DNA of 64,000 nucleotides, from the NCBI GenBank assembly GCA_018241425.1, contig JAFEDU010000008.1:5424-69423 (forward strand), in the 5' to 3' direction. The translations under genes were made by a program, and so were the position numbers. This stretch comes from Pseudomonadota bacterium. Lineage in GTDB: Bacteria > Pseudomonadota > Gammaproteobacteria > Steroidobacterales > Steroidobacteraceae. This document shows positions 25,609-35,940 of the stretch, piece after piece. Numbering within the stretch: position 1 is the first letter of the stretch; every line of letters starts with the position of its first letter. The notes beneath the pieces were generated by a model. It was not told where the DNA came from and did no database searches. It saw only the letters and a list, made by a program, of their open reading frames with translations.

Positions 25609-28600
25609 CTAGTTTCCCGCCCCGCCCGCGAAGCGCGCGCGCTCACGGCGACGTTCCACCAGCGGCGCGATGGCATCCAGCAGCTGCGCCTCCTGGTAGG
25701 GCTTGCCCAGGTAGTCATCCACGCCGAGCTCGATGGCGCGCGCGCGGTGCTTCTCGCCGACGCGCGAGGTGACCATGATGATCGGCACGTCCTTCAGGCG
25801 CGGGTCGTTGCGCACGTGGGCGGCAACCTCGTAGCCGTCCATGCGCGGCATCTCGATGTCGAGCAGGATGACGTCGGGGATGTTGTCCTGCAGCAGCGCC
25901 ACCGCGTCCATGCCGTCGCGCGCGGTGATGACGCGCATGCCGTTGCGCTCCAGCAGGCGCTGGGTGACGCGGCGCACGGTGATGGAATCGTCGACCACCA
26001 TGGCGAACACGCGCCGGTCGCCGCCGCGCTCGCGCGGGGGCTGCGGTGCCTGTGCCCGCGTGCGCCACTCGGCGCGCACCAGCGCCCCGATGTCGAGGAT
26101 GATGACGATGCGGCCGTCGCCCAGGATCGTCGCCCCGGAGATGCCGCGGATACCGGAGATTTGCGGGCCCACCGACTTCACGACGATCTCGCGGCTGCCG
26201 ACGAGCTCGTCGGCCACGAGCCCGGTCGAGTGCTCGCCGGCGCGCACCAGCACCACCGGGATGGTCACGTCCTGCCCCGGCAGCTCCGAGGGCGGCAGCC
26301 CCACGAACCCGGCCAGGTGCTGGAAGCGGTATTTCTGGCCGCCGTAGTCGAACGCGGCGGCATCCTTACCCAAGTGCGCGGTCACTTCCTGCTTGGACAG
26401 GCGCAGCACGCCCTCCACGGTCGGCAGCGGCAGCGCGTAATACTCCTCGTCCACGCGCACCACGAGCGCGTGGCTGATGGCGAGCGTCAGCGGCAGGCGG
26501 ATGGTGAACACCGTGCCCTCGCCCTGCTTGGTCTCCATGTGCAGGGCGCCGCCCAGGCGCTTGATCTCGGTGGCGACCACGTCCATGCCCACGCCGCGGC
26601 CGGCGGCCTGGGTGATGCTGCCGGCGGTGGAGAAGCCGGGCTCGAGGATGAGCTGCATCGCGTCCTCGTCGCTCAGCGTGTTGCCCTCCGCGATCAGCCC
26701 CAGCGACAGGGCCTTGTCGCGGATCGCCTTGAGGTTCATGCCGCCGCCGTCGTCGGTGAGGCGCACCATGACCTCGGCGCCCTCGCGGTGCAGCTCGAGC
26801 ACGATGTGGCCGCTCTCGGGCTTGCCGTGGGCGAGCCGTTCCTCGGGCTTCTCGATGCCGTGCACCACGGCGTTGCGCAGCATGTGCTCGAACGGGGGCA
26901 GCATGCGCTCGAGCACCTGGCGGTCGAGCTCGCCGCTCGCGCCCTCGACGGTGAGCTCGGCGCGCTTGCCGGTGTCGGCGGCCGCCTGGCGCACGATGCG
27001 TGACAGGCGCTGCACGTGGCGCTGGAAGGGCACCATGCGTGTGCGCATGAGGCCGTTCTGCAGCTCGGTGATGGTGCGGGCCTGCTGCTGCAGCAGGTTC
27101 TGGGTGTCCTTGGCGAGGTTCTCGAGCAGGCCCTGGATGCTCGCCACGTCGTTGGCGGTCTCGGCGAGCGCGCGCGAGTACTGCTGGATCGAGGAGTAGC
27201 GGTCGAGCTCGAGCGGGTCGAAGTCGCTGCGGTGCGTGCCGCCCTCGTCCTCGTGCTTGTGCAGGATCTGCGCCTCGGTCTCGATCTCCAGGCTCCGCAG
27301 CTGCTCCTTCAGGCGCGTCACGGTGCGCGACAGCTCCCCGAGGTTGAAGTCGAAGCTGCCGAGCTGCTGCTCCAGGCGCGCACGCGCGATCGAGGCCTCG
27401 CCGGAGGTGTTGAGCAGCACGTCGAGCAGGTCCGCATCGACGCGCGCCATCTCCTTGGGCTCCCCGCCGAGGGCGGGCTCGCGGCCCGGCGGCACGGGCG
27501 CCGGCGGTGCCAGCGCCTCCTCGGGTTCCGCGCGCAGGCGCGCGAAGGGCGAAGCGGGCGTCACGGCACTGGCGGCGGACCAGCCGGACTCGGCCGGTGC
27601 GGCAGCGGCGGAGGCAGTCTCCGCCGGCGCACTCTCACGCGCCTGGGCGGCGGCCGCCTTCTGGCCCTCGAGCCGGATCTCGGCGTTCATGCGCGCGACC
27701 AGCGTGTCGGCGCCCTCGGTGTCCTCCTCGAGGACGATCGGGGCGGGGGCAGGTGCCGCGGCGACCGGCCTGGGGGCCGGTGGCGGTGCCGGTGCGGGGG
27801 CAGGCGCTGCCGCCACCGGGGCGGGCGGCGGCGGGGCCGGGACCGGTACGGGTGCGGGTGCGGGTGCCGGCGCTGCGGCACCGCCCGGGCGCGACAGGCC
27901 CTTGAGGCGCGCGATGAGCGCGCGCGCCGGCGTGACGCGGCGGCCGTTGATGACGTGCTCGCGCATGCGCGCGAGTTCATCGAGGCTCGCCTGCAGCGCC
28001 TCGAACAGCGGCGCATCGGCGGTGACGACACCGTTCTCGACCAGCATCACCAGGGTCTCGAGCTCGTGGCTCAGGTCTCCCATCGGCATGATGCCGGCCA
28101 TGCGGGCGCCGCCCTTGAGGGTGTGCAGCGGGCGCTTGAGCGCGAGCCGCAGCTCCGCGCTCGAGGGCGCGCCGCGCCAGTCGCTGAGCGCGCGCTCGGA
28201 GGACTCGATGAGCTCGGTGGCCTCGTCGGTGAAGATCGCGGCGACCTCCGGGTCGAAGTCGGCGGCGGCCTCCGCGTCGGCCTCGGCGTCCGCCTGCGGC
28301 TCCGGTTCGGCGGCGGCGGCCGGTGGGGCCGCGGCATGCTGGGCGGCGCTCGCGGCGGCGATGCGCGCCTCGAGTTCCTTGTCGGCGCGCTCGATGCGTT
28401 CGAGCAGCGTCCAGTGGTTCACGAAGTAGCCGGTCGACTCATCCAGGTGCGTCGCCACGGACTCCATGGCCGACATGCAGTCCGAGAGCAGCGCGAGGTC
28501 GGCGGTGGCCAGTCCCAGGCCGGAGCCGAAGGCGCGCCGCAGCCAGTGGTCGAGCGGCTCGGCGAGACGGATGCCGTGACGGGCCTGCGCCATCTTGGAG

Positions 28601-31155
28601 CTGCCCGAGAGCGTGTGGCAGGCGCGGTAGACCTCCTCGGGCAGCGTGTGCGGCTCGGTGAGCTTGGCCTCGCGGGCGAGCCAGGCACGCACCGCGGAGA
28701 CGTGGGTGGCGGTCTCGCGCGCGTAAATGTCGCGCAGCGTGTCGTCGGTGATCTGCGGCTTCGCCGGCGCGGGCGGCGCGGCGGCTGCCGGGGGCGGTGC
28801 GGGCGGCGGTGGCGCCGCGGCGGCAGGGGCGGCCGGTGCGGACGCGGCGCGGCGGATGCCGGTCGCCGACACCGGCGTCTCGGAGGTCTCCTCCAGCGAG
28901 GGGCCGGCGGCGGACTTGCCGGCCGCGAGCGCGTGCGCGCGCGAGGAGATGCCGAGGATGTCGGCGGTGACGGGCGAGCCGTCCTCCAGCTGCTTCACCA
29001 GCTGCGGCAGCGCCACCACCGCGGCGCGCAGCGTCTCCAGGATCGCCGGCGAGCGGGTGAGCGTGTTGTCGAGCACCCGGTTCAGGAGGTTCTCGATCGA
29101 CCAGGCGAACTCGCCCAGGTCGCGGGCGCCGACCATGCGGCCGGAACCCTTGAGCGTGTGGAACGAGCGGCGCACGTTGACGACCGCCTCGCGCTCGAGC
29201 GGGTTCTCGTCCCACACCGGGAAGCCCTGGCGGATCTTCGCCAGCTCCTCGTTGGCCTCCTCGATGAAGAGCTTCACGAGCTCGGGATCCGCGTGCTCGG
29301 CGAGTGCCGGGGCCTTCGGCGCCGGCTGGGCGGCGAGCACCGGGGCGGCGGCGTTCAGCCCCTCGATGTTGGCGCGCTGGTCGGGGGTCGGGACCGAGGT
29401 GATCTGGACCGTCTTGGCGTAGGCGCCGGGCTCGAGCGGCGGCACGAGCGGCACGGAGGGCGTGGGCTGCTCGGCGAGCGCGCGCACGCATACCTGCGCG
29501 TTGTCGAGCATGTACCAGGGGTCGGAGCGCCCCGCCTGGAGCGTCTCCATGTAGTACTCGACGCTGACGATGGCATCGGCCAGCCGATCGATGAACCCCG
29601 GCGGCAGCACGTGCACGCCCGGCTGCATGACGCGCTTCAGCTGCGTGGTGATGGCCTCGATGACGTCGACCGCGCGCGCCTTGCCCAGGAGCAGGAGGCC
29701 CGCCTTCATGCCGCGCATCAGGTCCTGCCAGGAGTCCAGCCCCGCCGCATCGAGCGTGCCGCCGACGGACTGGGTGATGGCCTCCTTGATGCGCGCGAGG
29801 TTCACGATGCACTCGCGCAGCACGGCGGACTGCACCTGCTGGAACTCGGAGTCCTCGCCGGCCGGCGCCAGGCCCGCGTCCCGGTCCTTGGGCAGGATCA
29901 TGCCCACGAGGCTCTCGTCCAGCCGGTCCTCGACACCGATGAGCGTCGCGGCGATCTCCACCAGCGTCTGCTCGTCGGCCCTGAGCGAGCCTGCGACGAT
30001 CTTCGCCAGGCGCTCGGTCTCGAACTGCACCTTGGCGCGCAGGTCGCCCAGGCCCAGGACGCCGAGGGTGTCGCCGATCTTGCGCAGCAGGTCGACCTGG
30101 GAGGCGAGCTCCTGCGGCTGGCCCGCGCCGCGGCGCACGAAGATGTCCAGGACATCCTTGACCTTGGCCAGGTCCTCGCGGATCGCGGCGGCCACGGTCT
30201 GCATGAGCTTGATCGAGGGCGCGGACAGGTTCTCGCGCTCCTGCTCGATGCTCTCGTCCACCGGCAGGAGCTCGGTGAGGCGGAACGAGGTGCGCACCGC
30301 CTGCACGCGCGGGCCGGCGGACTCCGCCCGGCCGACGTAATAAAGGAGGTTGTTCAGGAGCTCGACCGGCGGGGCCTGCGCGTAGCGCGCCTCGCCCTGC
30401 TCGTACAGGCGGCGGATCTCGCGGTCGCCCAGACCCAGGAGGCGCTTGATCGACTGGCCGCCCTCGAGCCCGTGCTGCTGCAGGCCCTCGATCACCGCCC
30501 CGATCACCCACCACAGCTGGAACACCGGCTGGCGCGTGGCGATCTGCTCGAGCTTCTGCGACACGTGGGCGATGGTCTCGAGGTTCTGCTCGACCCGCTC
30601 GCCGCGGATCCAGCCGATGAGCCCGACCTGGTAGCGCGCGCGCAGGCGCCGCGCCCACTGCTCCACCGTCAGCTGCGGCTCGCCGGCGCCGCCCTCGACC
30701 GGCTGGGGCTGCTGGTCGGACTTGAGGTTGAGCACCAGGAGCGTGCCCTCGGACAAAAGCGAGCTGCCGCGCACCGCGCGCAGGTCGTTGAGGAGCGGCA
30801 GCAGCACCAGGGCGAGGTCGCGGCCACCGGCGAGCACGCGCTCCAGGTAGCCGGGCAGCTGCACCATGGCGCGCATGAGCGCATCCAGGCTCTCGGCCTG
30901 GCTCTTCCTCTCGCTGTGGGTCGCGATCAGGTACTGGGTGACGTGCTCCATCTCCTCGGCGAGCAGGGAGGCGCCGTAGATCTCGAGCATGCGCAGCACG
31001 CCCTGCACCTGGTGCAGTTCCTGCGCGCACTTCTCCAGGAGCTGCACGTTGTCAGGCTGCTCGACGTAGGCCTCGAGCGCCGCACGCGCCTCGCCGAGCG
31101 TGGCGTTGATCTCGCGTCCGACGAGATCGAAGGTCTGGGATACGACTTCAGGCAT
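25609..31155 (-). CDS. chpA: Pil-Chp hybrid histidine kinase ChpA/PilL (multiple Hpt domains, kinase core, CheW domain, receiver)
   Basis: 1848 aa. Hpt motifs SFHTLKGSGRMVGA, ACHTLSGSSKMAQA and PLHTLKGGARMAGI. HATPase region GRGVGMDVV. CheW-like segment. C-terminal receiver VVDDSITVRR...LLDIEMPRMDG...TSRVGEKH. Long Ala/Pro linkers. Confidence 0.95.
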   Translation of the reverse strand: MPEVVSQTFDLVGREINATLGEARAALEAYVEQPDNVQLLEKCAQELHQVQGVLRMLEIYGASLLAEEMEHVTQYLIATHSERKSQAESLDALMRAMVQLPGYLERVLAGGRDLALVLLPLLNDLRAVRGSSLLSEGTLLVLNLKSDQQPQPVEGGAGEPQLTVEQWARRLRARYQVGLIGWIRGERVEQNLETIAHVSQKLEQIATRQPVFQLWWVIGAVIEGLQQHGLEGGQSIKRLLGLGDREIRRLYEQGEARYAQAPPVELLNNLLYYVGRAESAGPRVQAVRTSFRLTELLPVDESIEQERENLSAPSIKLMQTVAAAIREDLAKVKDVLDIFVRRGAGQPQELASQVDLLRKIGDTLGVLGLGDLRAKVQFETERLAKIVAGSLRADEQTLVEIAATLIGVEDRLDESLVGMILPKDRDAGLAPAGEDSEFQQVQSAVLRECIVNLARIKEAITQSVGGTLDAAGLDSWQDLMRGMKAGLLLLGKARAVDVIEAITTQLKRVMQPGVHVLPPGFIDRLADAIVSVEYYMETLQAGRSDPWYMLDNAQVCVRALAEQPTPSVPLVPPLEPGAYAKTVQITSVPTPDQRANIEGLNAAAPVLAAQPAPKAPALAEHADPELVKLFIEEANEELAKIRQGFPVWDENPLEREAVVNVRRSFHTLKGSGRMVGARDLGEFAWSIENLLNRVLDNTLTRSPAILETLRAAVVALPQLVKQLEDGSPVTADILGISSRAHALAAGKSAAGPSLEETSETPVSATGIRRAASAPAAPAAAAPPPPAPPPAAAAPPAPAKPQITDDTLRDIYARETATHVSAVRAWLAREAKLTEPHTLPEEVYRACHTLSGSSKMAQARHGIRLAEPLDHWLRRAFGSGLGLATADLALLSDCMSAMESVATHLDESTGYFVNHWTLLERIERADKELEARIAAASAAQHAAAPPAAAAEPEPQADAEADAEAAADFDPEVAAIFTDEATELIESSERALSDWRGAPSSAELRLALKRPLHTLKGGARMAGIMPMGDLSHELETLVMLVENGVVTADAPLFEALQASLDELARMREHVINGRRVTPARALIARLKGLSRPGGAAAPAPAPAPVPVPAPPPPAPVAAAPAPAPAPPPAPRPVAAAPAPAPIVLEEDTEGADTLVARMNAEIRLEGQKAAAAQARESAPAETASAAAAPAESGWSAASAVTPASPFARLRAEPEEALAPPAPVPPGREPALGGEPKEMARVDADLLDVLLNTSGEASIARARLEQQLGSFDFNLGELSRTVTRLKEQLRSLEIETEAQILHKHEDEGGTHRSDFDPLELDRYSSIQQYSRALAETANDVASIQGLLENLAKDTQNLLQQQARTITELQNGLMRTRMVPFQRHVQRLSRIVRQAAADTGKRAELTVEGASGELDRQVLERMLPPFEHMLRNAVVHGIEKPEERLAHGKPESGHIVLELHREGAEVMVRLTDDGGGMNLKAIRDKALSLGLIAEGNTLSDEDAMQLILEPGFSTAGSITQAAGRGVGMDVVATEIKRLGGALHMETKQGEGTVFTIRLPLTLAISHALVVRVDEEYYALPLPTVEGVLRLSKQEVTAHLGKDAAAFDYGGQKYRFQHLAGFVGLPPSELPGQDVTIPVVLVRAGEHSTGLVADELVGSREIVVKSVGPQISGIRGISGATILGDGRIVIILDIGALVRAEWRTRAQAPQPPRERGGDRRVFAMVVDDSITVRRVTQRLLERNGMRVITARDGMDAVALLQDNIPDVILLDIEMPRMDGYEVAAHVRNDPRLKDVPIIMVTSRVGEKHRARAIELGVDDYLGKPYQEAQLLDAIAPLVERRRERARFAGGAGN

Positions 31156-31184
31156 GCCTTGGGCTTTCGCTTCGCTTAAGCGTC

Positions 31185-33239
31185 TCAGCTGCCGCCGAGC
31201 GCGGAGATCTGCCGCACCTTGACGGTGTTGAGCGGGGCGTCCTCGACGCGCTTCGGCGCGGCCGCCGGCGTGCGTTCACTGCCGCTCGCGCCGGGCAACC
31301 GGAACCCGGCGGCCGAGCGCCTGAGGCCCGCCGACAGCTCGGCGAGCTTGGCGATGGCCGCCGACGTCGCGGTGGTCGTCTCGGCGGTCTGCGCGCTGAT
31401 TTCCTTCAGCACGCCCATGTTGCGGGCGATGTTCTGCGCCGCCCCGGTCTGCTGGCGGGAGCTCCCGGAGATGTTCTGCACCAGGCTCGCGATCTGGTTG
31501 GAGACCTGCTCGATCTCCTCCAGCGCGGCGCCGGCGTTCTCGGCGAGCAGGGCGCCGCCTACCACGTCGGTCGTGCTGCGCTCCATCGAGACCACCGCCT
31601 CGTTGGTGTCGGTCTGGATGGTGCGCACCAGCACCTCGATCTGCTTGGTGGCGTTGGCGGCGCGCTCGGCGAGGCGCTGCACCTCGTCAGCCACCACCGC
31701 GAAGCCGCGCCCGGCCTCGCCCGCCATGGAGGACTGGATGGAGGCGTTGAGCGCCAGGATGTTGGTCTGCTCGGCGATGTCGTTGATCAGCTCGACGATG
31801 TTGCCGATCTCCTGGCTCGACTCGCCCAGGCGCTTGATACGCTTGGAGGTCTCCTGGATGGTCTCGCGGATGGTGTTCATGCCGTCGATGGTGCGGCGCA
31901 CCGCATCGCCGCCCTTGTGCGCGACCTCCACCGAGTGCCGCGCGACGTCGGCGGCGCGCTCGGCGTTGCCGGAGACCTCCTCGACCGAGCCTGCCATGCT
32001 GGCGGCGGACTCGGTGGCGGAGGCGATCTGCTTGGACTGCGCGCCGCTCGCCTTGGCGAGGTGCTGCGCGAGTGACTGGGTCTGGCGGGTGGCCGAGTCC
32101 AGCTGGATCGCGGAGCTGTTGATGGTGGTGACCAGGCCGCGCAGCGCATCGACCGCGTAGTTGATCGAGTCCGCGATGGCGCCGGTGATGTCCTCGGTGA
32201 CGGTGGCCTGCACGGTCAGGTCCCCGTCCGCGAGGCTCGACAGCTCATCGAGCAGGCGCAGGATCGCCTGCTGGTTGCGGTCGGTCTCCTTCTTCTGCGC
32301 ATCCACCGACAGGCGCTGGCGCTGCATGGTGCGCTGGATGCGCAGCGCGGCGATGAGCGCGCCCGCCAGCAGCGCGAGCCCAATCCCCAGCAGCACGAGC
32401 GGCAGGTAGGCGGCAAGTCCTAAGGCCGCCGCGGCCGCGGGCGCCGGCTGCGTGGCGGCGAGGTCGCGGGCGTCCGCGGCGATGGCGTGCGCGGCGTTCT
32501 GGGCCGCCGGCAGCGCCGGGGCCGCTGCCACCGCGCGCTTCACCGTCGCGGCGAGCTCCTGGTAGAGCGAGTCCATGTTCTTCAGGTGCTTCAGCCCCTC
32601 GGGCGTGGACACCTTCGGCAGCTGCAGCGCGGAAGTCCCCCCCGCGAGTGCCGAGATCACCTGGCCCAGGTAGTCCGAGCTCTCGGCGATGCGTTGCGCG
32701 GCCTGGGCGGGGTCGGCCGCGCCCTGGGTGAGGGCGGCGACGTCCAGCTGCAGGCGCTGGGCGCGCGACTCGAAGCGCTCGAGCGCGCCGTTGCCGGCGC
32801 CGGGACCGGCCGCCGGCAGGCTCTGGCCGAGCGCCTGGGCCTCGGCGATGAGCTTCGGGGTGATGGCGGCGGTGTCGTGCGCGGCGCTGCCGGCATCGGC
32901 GAGCGAGCTGCGCGCGCGCAGCACCGCGGTGGCGTTGCTCATGAGGCGCGAGTAGCGCGCATCGCTCACGAACGCAGCCCCCGGATCCTTCGCGGCGGCC
33001 TCCTCGAGCTGCTTCTGGCGCTCCTGGAACCGGCCGAGCGCGGCCGCATCGCCGGCGATCGCGCCCTCGGCATCGAGTGCGAGCCCGAACAGCGCCTCCA
33101 CGGGCACGGCATGCGTCGTGCGCTCGGGCGCGCGGCCCAAGGCAAGCCAGTAGGTGACCCCGCTCGCGATCAGCAGCGCCGCGGCGAGCCCCAGGAGGAG
33201 CGCCAGGGCCTGGGAGGGCGTGTCGCCGGCGCTCTTCAT
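31185..33239 (-). CDS. pilJ: methyl-accepting chemotaxis protein PilJ
   Basis: ATG 33239 overlaps the pilI stop (ATGA). MCP signalling hairpin IAEQTNILALNASIQSSMAGEAGRGFAVVADEVQRLAERA. Two TM segments flank a periplasmic domain. Confidence 0.9.
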   Translation of the reverse strand: MKSAGDTPSQALALLLGLAAALLIASGVTYWLALGRAPERTTHAVPVEALFGLALDAEGAIAGDAAALGRFQERQKQLEEAAAKDPGAAFVSDARYSRLMSNATAVLRARSSLADAGSAAHDTAAITPKLIAEAQALGQSLPAAGPGAGNGALERFESRAQRLQLDVAALTQGAADPAQAAQRIAESSDYLGQVISALAGGTSALQLPKVSTPEGLKHLKNMDSLYQELAATVKRAVAAAPALPAAQNAAHAIAADARDLAATQPAPAAAAALGLAAYLPLVLLGIGLALLAGALIAALRIQRTMQRQRLSVDAQKKETDRNQQAILRLLDELSSLADGDLTVQATVTEDITGAIADSINYAVDALRGLVTTINSSAIQLDSATRQTQSLAQHLAKASGAQSKQIASATESAASMAGSVEEVSGNAERAADVARHSVEVAHKGGDAVRRTIDGMNTIRETIQETSKRIKRLGESSQEIGNIVELINDIAEQTNILALNASIQSSMAGEAGRGFAVVADEVQRLAERAANATKQIEVLVRTIQTDTNEAVVSMERSTTDVVGGALLAENAGAALEEIEQVSNQIASLVQNISGSSRQQTGAAQNIARNMGVLKEISAQTAETTTATSAAIAKLAELSAGLRRSAAGFRLPGASGSERTPAAAPKRVEDAPLNTVKVRQISALGGS

Positions 33240-33814
33240 GCGGCGGCCTCGGCGAACGCCGGGCTTTCCAGGATGGTGCGCAGGCTCAGCACCGGCCACT
33301 GCTCCTGGCCGCGGCGGAAGGCCCCGGCAAGGTAGCGCTCGCAGCGCGCCACGGTCGGCGGCGCATCGGCGCTGAACTCGGCCTCGGCGAAGCGCCGGAA
33401 CCCGAGCACCTCGTCCACGATGAGCCCGGCGGGGATCTCGCGGTGGTTGACCACCACGATGCGGGTGTTACGGGTGACGGGGGTTACCCCGCTCCCCAGG
33501 AACTGGCGCAGGTCGACCACCGGCAGGAGCTGGCCGCGCACGTTGGCGAGCCCGCGGATCCAGGCCTTGGCGCCCGGCACCCGCGTGGTGCTGTTGGGGA
33601 TGCCGAGCACCTCGCGGGTCTCCTCGCGCGCCACCAGGTACAGGTCCCCGGCCATGCGCAGCGCGACGCCCACCCACTCGCGCCCGGCGGAGGCCTCCGG
33701 GTTCGCCTGGGCCGAGACCGTGCGGCCGCGGCGCTCGAGCTCGGCGAGCAGCTCGAAGGGCCGGTCCCTGAGGGACTTCAGCGCGGGCTCGGATGCGGTG
33801 TTCGGTTCGCTCAT
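33236..33814 (-). CDS. pilI: CheW-like protein PilI
   Basis: CheW fold pattern (WVGVALRMAGDLYLVAREETREVL ... IRGLANVRGQLLPVVDLRQFLG). ATG 33814 is chosen; GTG 33847 is an alternative. Confidence 0.85.
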   Translation of the reverse strand: MSEPNTASEPALKSLRDRPFELLAELERRGRTVSAQANPEASAGREWVGVALRMAGDLYLVAREETREVLGIPNSTTRVPGAKAWIRGLANVRGQLLPVVDLRQFLGSGVTPVTRNTRIVVVNHREIPAGLIVDEVLGFRRFAEAEFSADAPPTVARCERYLAGAFRRGQEQWPVLSLRTILESPAFAEAAA

Positions 33815-33869
33815 GAAGTGGGTCGGAAAACCTTCGCTCGCGCGCACCCTTCAGACGGGTGCCTGCGCA

Positions 33870-34235
33870 TCAGGAGGACAGGGTCGCCTGCGCCTTGGCG
33901 ACCAGCTGGTCAGGGGATACTGGTTTCACCATATAGTCGATCGCCCCCTGGCGCAGGCCCCAGATGCGGTCGGTCTCCTGCCCCTTGGAGGTCACCATGA
34001 TGATGGGAATGGAGCTGGTACGCGGGTCGGAGGACAGCTGGCGCGTCGCCTGGTAGCCGTTCATGCCCGGCATCACGATGTCCATGAAGATGAGGTCGGG
34101 GTTGATCTCCCGCGCCATCCGCACCCCCTCGGCACCATCGACCGCCGCGGCGGTCTGATACCCGTGCTTCTCGAGCGCTTTCTGCATGACGTGCAGCTCG
34201 GTCGGGGAGTCGTCCACGATCAGGATCAGGGGCAT
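33870..34235 (-). CDS. pilH: single-domain response regulator PilH
   Basis: 121 aa from ATG 34235 (MPLILIVDDSPTE ... FMDIVMPGMNG ... MVTSKG ... YMVKP) in the frame of ORF 33870..34433. Confidence 0.9.
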   Translation of the reverse strand: MPLILIVDDSPTELHVMQKALEKHGYQTAAAVDGAEGVRMAREINPDLIFMDIVMPGMNGYQATRQLSSDPRTSSIPIIMVTSKGQETDRIWGLRQGAIDYMVKPVSPDQLVAKAQATLSS

Positions 34236-34242
34236 GGCCGTG

Positions 34243-34635
34243 CTATCTCCCGATGTGCGTCTCGATCGCCGACAGCAGCTCGTCTTTGGTGAAGGGCTTG
34301 GTGAGGTAGTGCTCCGAGCCCACGATGCGGCCGCGCGCGCGGTCGAACAGGCCGTCCTTGGAGGACAGCATGATGACCGGGATCGATCGGAAAACCTTGT
34401 TGTGCTTGATGAGCGAGCAGGTCTGGTAGCCATCCAGGCGCGGCATCATGATGTCGACGAATACGATGTCCGGCTGGTGGTCGGCGATCTTGGCCAGGGC
34501 GTCGAAGCCGTCGATGGCCGTGAACACTTCGCAGCCCTCCTTCGCGAGCAGCGTCTCGGCTGTGCGGCGGATGGTCTTGCTGTCGTCGATGACCAGAACC
34601 TTCAGTCCCTGGAGCTTGGTGTTGCTGCCAGTCAC
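34243..34635 (-). CDS. pilG: single-domain response regulator PilG
   Basis: 130 aa with KVLVIDDSKTIRR, FVDIMMPRLDG, MLSSKDG and YLTKPF. First gene of the pil-chp string. Confidence 0.9.
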   Translation of the reverse strand: MTGSNTKLQGLKVLVIDDSKTIRRTAETLLAKEGCEVFTAIDGFDALAKIADHQPDIVFVDIMMPRLDGYQTCSLIKHNKVFRSIPVIMLSSKDGLFDRARGRIVGSEHYLTKPFTKDELLSAIETHIGR

Positions 34636-34950
34636 GGGTCAGTGACTCCTTCCTTAACAGGCCGCGGGGGTTACCGGGGCGTTCCCGGCGCGCGGCACCG
34701 CACCCTCGATATCGGCACGTCGACCGCAGGCCAAAACCCTCGCGACCCCTTGAAAAACCCTAGGGGCAAGCGCAGCGCGGTTTTAACATATCGGTATACC
34801 CCCGGCTATGCCATGCACGTCACGTTTTTCGAAAGCGATGGCGGGGATTTGCACCGCGCCGGGCCCGGCGGCGACATATTCGCGCGCCACTCGCCATAAT
34901 CGGCATTCTTTTGCGGTACCGGCGCATCACGGGACTTGAGCAGGCAGGCA

Positions 34951-35919
34951 ATGACGAAGGCTAAGCGACTGGGCGTGGTCATGGACCCGATCGGTGCCAT
35001 CAGCTACGCGAAGGACACGACTCTGGCGATGCTCCTGGCCGCCCAGGGGCGGGGCTTCGAGCTCACCTACCTCGAGATGGCCGACCTGTCGCTGCGCGAC
35101 GGGGTGGCCTTCGGCCGCATGCGCCCACTTACCGTGCGCGCGGACCCGAAGTCCTGGTTCACCCTCGGCGAGCCCAGCCTCGCCCCCCTGGGCGCGCTCG
35201 ACGTGCTCCTGATGCGCAAGGACCCGCCCTTCGACACCGAGTACATCTACAGCACCTACATCCTCGAGCGCGCCGAGGGCGCGGGGGTGCTGGTGGCGAA
35301 CCGCCCGCAGGGCCTGCGGGACATGAACGAGAAGGTCTACACGGCCTGGTTCCCGCAGTGCTGCGCCCCGACCCTCATCACCCGCGACATGGGCGACATG
35401 GGGGCGTTCCTCAAGGAGCACGGCAAGATCGTCGTGAAGCCCCTGCACGGCATGGGCGGCCGCTCGATCTTCGTGCTCGGGGCGGCCGACCACAACGCGC
35501 GCGTGGTGTTCGAGACCCTCACCGACTATGGCCGGGGCTTCGCGATCTGCCAGCGCTACATACCCGAGATCGTCACCGGGGGGGACTCGCGCGTGCTCCT
35601 GATCGACGGCGAGCCGGTGCCCTATGCGCTCGCCCGCATCCCCTCGCCCGAGGACCACCGCGGCAACCTCGCCGCCGGCGCCAAGGGGGTCGGGCGCGAG
35701 CTCACCGAGCGCGACCGCTGGCTCGCCGGCCAGATCGGGCCGGAACTCGCCCGCCGCGGCATGCTGTTCGTGGGCCTGGACGTGATCGGCGGATTCGTCA
35801 CCGAGATCAACGTCACGAGCCCGACCGGCATCCGCGAGCTCGAGAAGCAGTTCCCGGTCCAGATCGCCGACCTCTTCATCCAGGCCCTCGAGCGGCACCT
35901 GGCCGCGCGCGGGCGCTGA
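34951..35919 (+). CDS. gshB: glutathione synthetase
   Basis: ATG 34951 (MTKAKRLGVVMDPI). Prokaryotic GSH synthetase N-domain and ATP-grasp region (GKIVVKPLHGMGGRSIF, EINVTSPTG). Confidence 0.95.
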   Translation: MTKAKRLGVVMDPIGAISYAKDTTLAMLLAAQGRGFELTYLEMADLSLRDGVAFGRMRPLTVRADPKSWFTLGEPSLAPLGALDVLLMRKDPPFDTEYIYSTYILERAEGAGVLVANRPQGLRDMNEKVYTAWFPQCCAPTLITRDMGDMGAFLKEHGKIVVKPLHGMGGRSIFVLGAADHNARVVFETLTDYGRGFAICQRYIPEIVTGGDSRVLLIDGEPVPYALARIPSPEDHRGNLAAGAKGVGRELTERDRWLAGQIGPELARRGMLFVGLDVIGGFVTEINVTSPTGIRELEKQFPVQIADLFIQALERHLAARGR

Positions 35920-35940
35920 CGGCTGACGCGGCCAGGCACG

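Noticed and set aside
27740-27890. Repetitive GC-rich DNA (ggtgcgggtgcgggtgcc ...) inside chpA, and again near 28770-28850. At first glance it looked like a tandem repeat or array.
   Set aside because: It is in frame within chpA and encodes Ala/Pro-rich interdomain linkers (APAPAPVPVPAPPPP...). There is no repeat-spacer periodicity and no flanking noncoding sequence.
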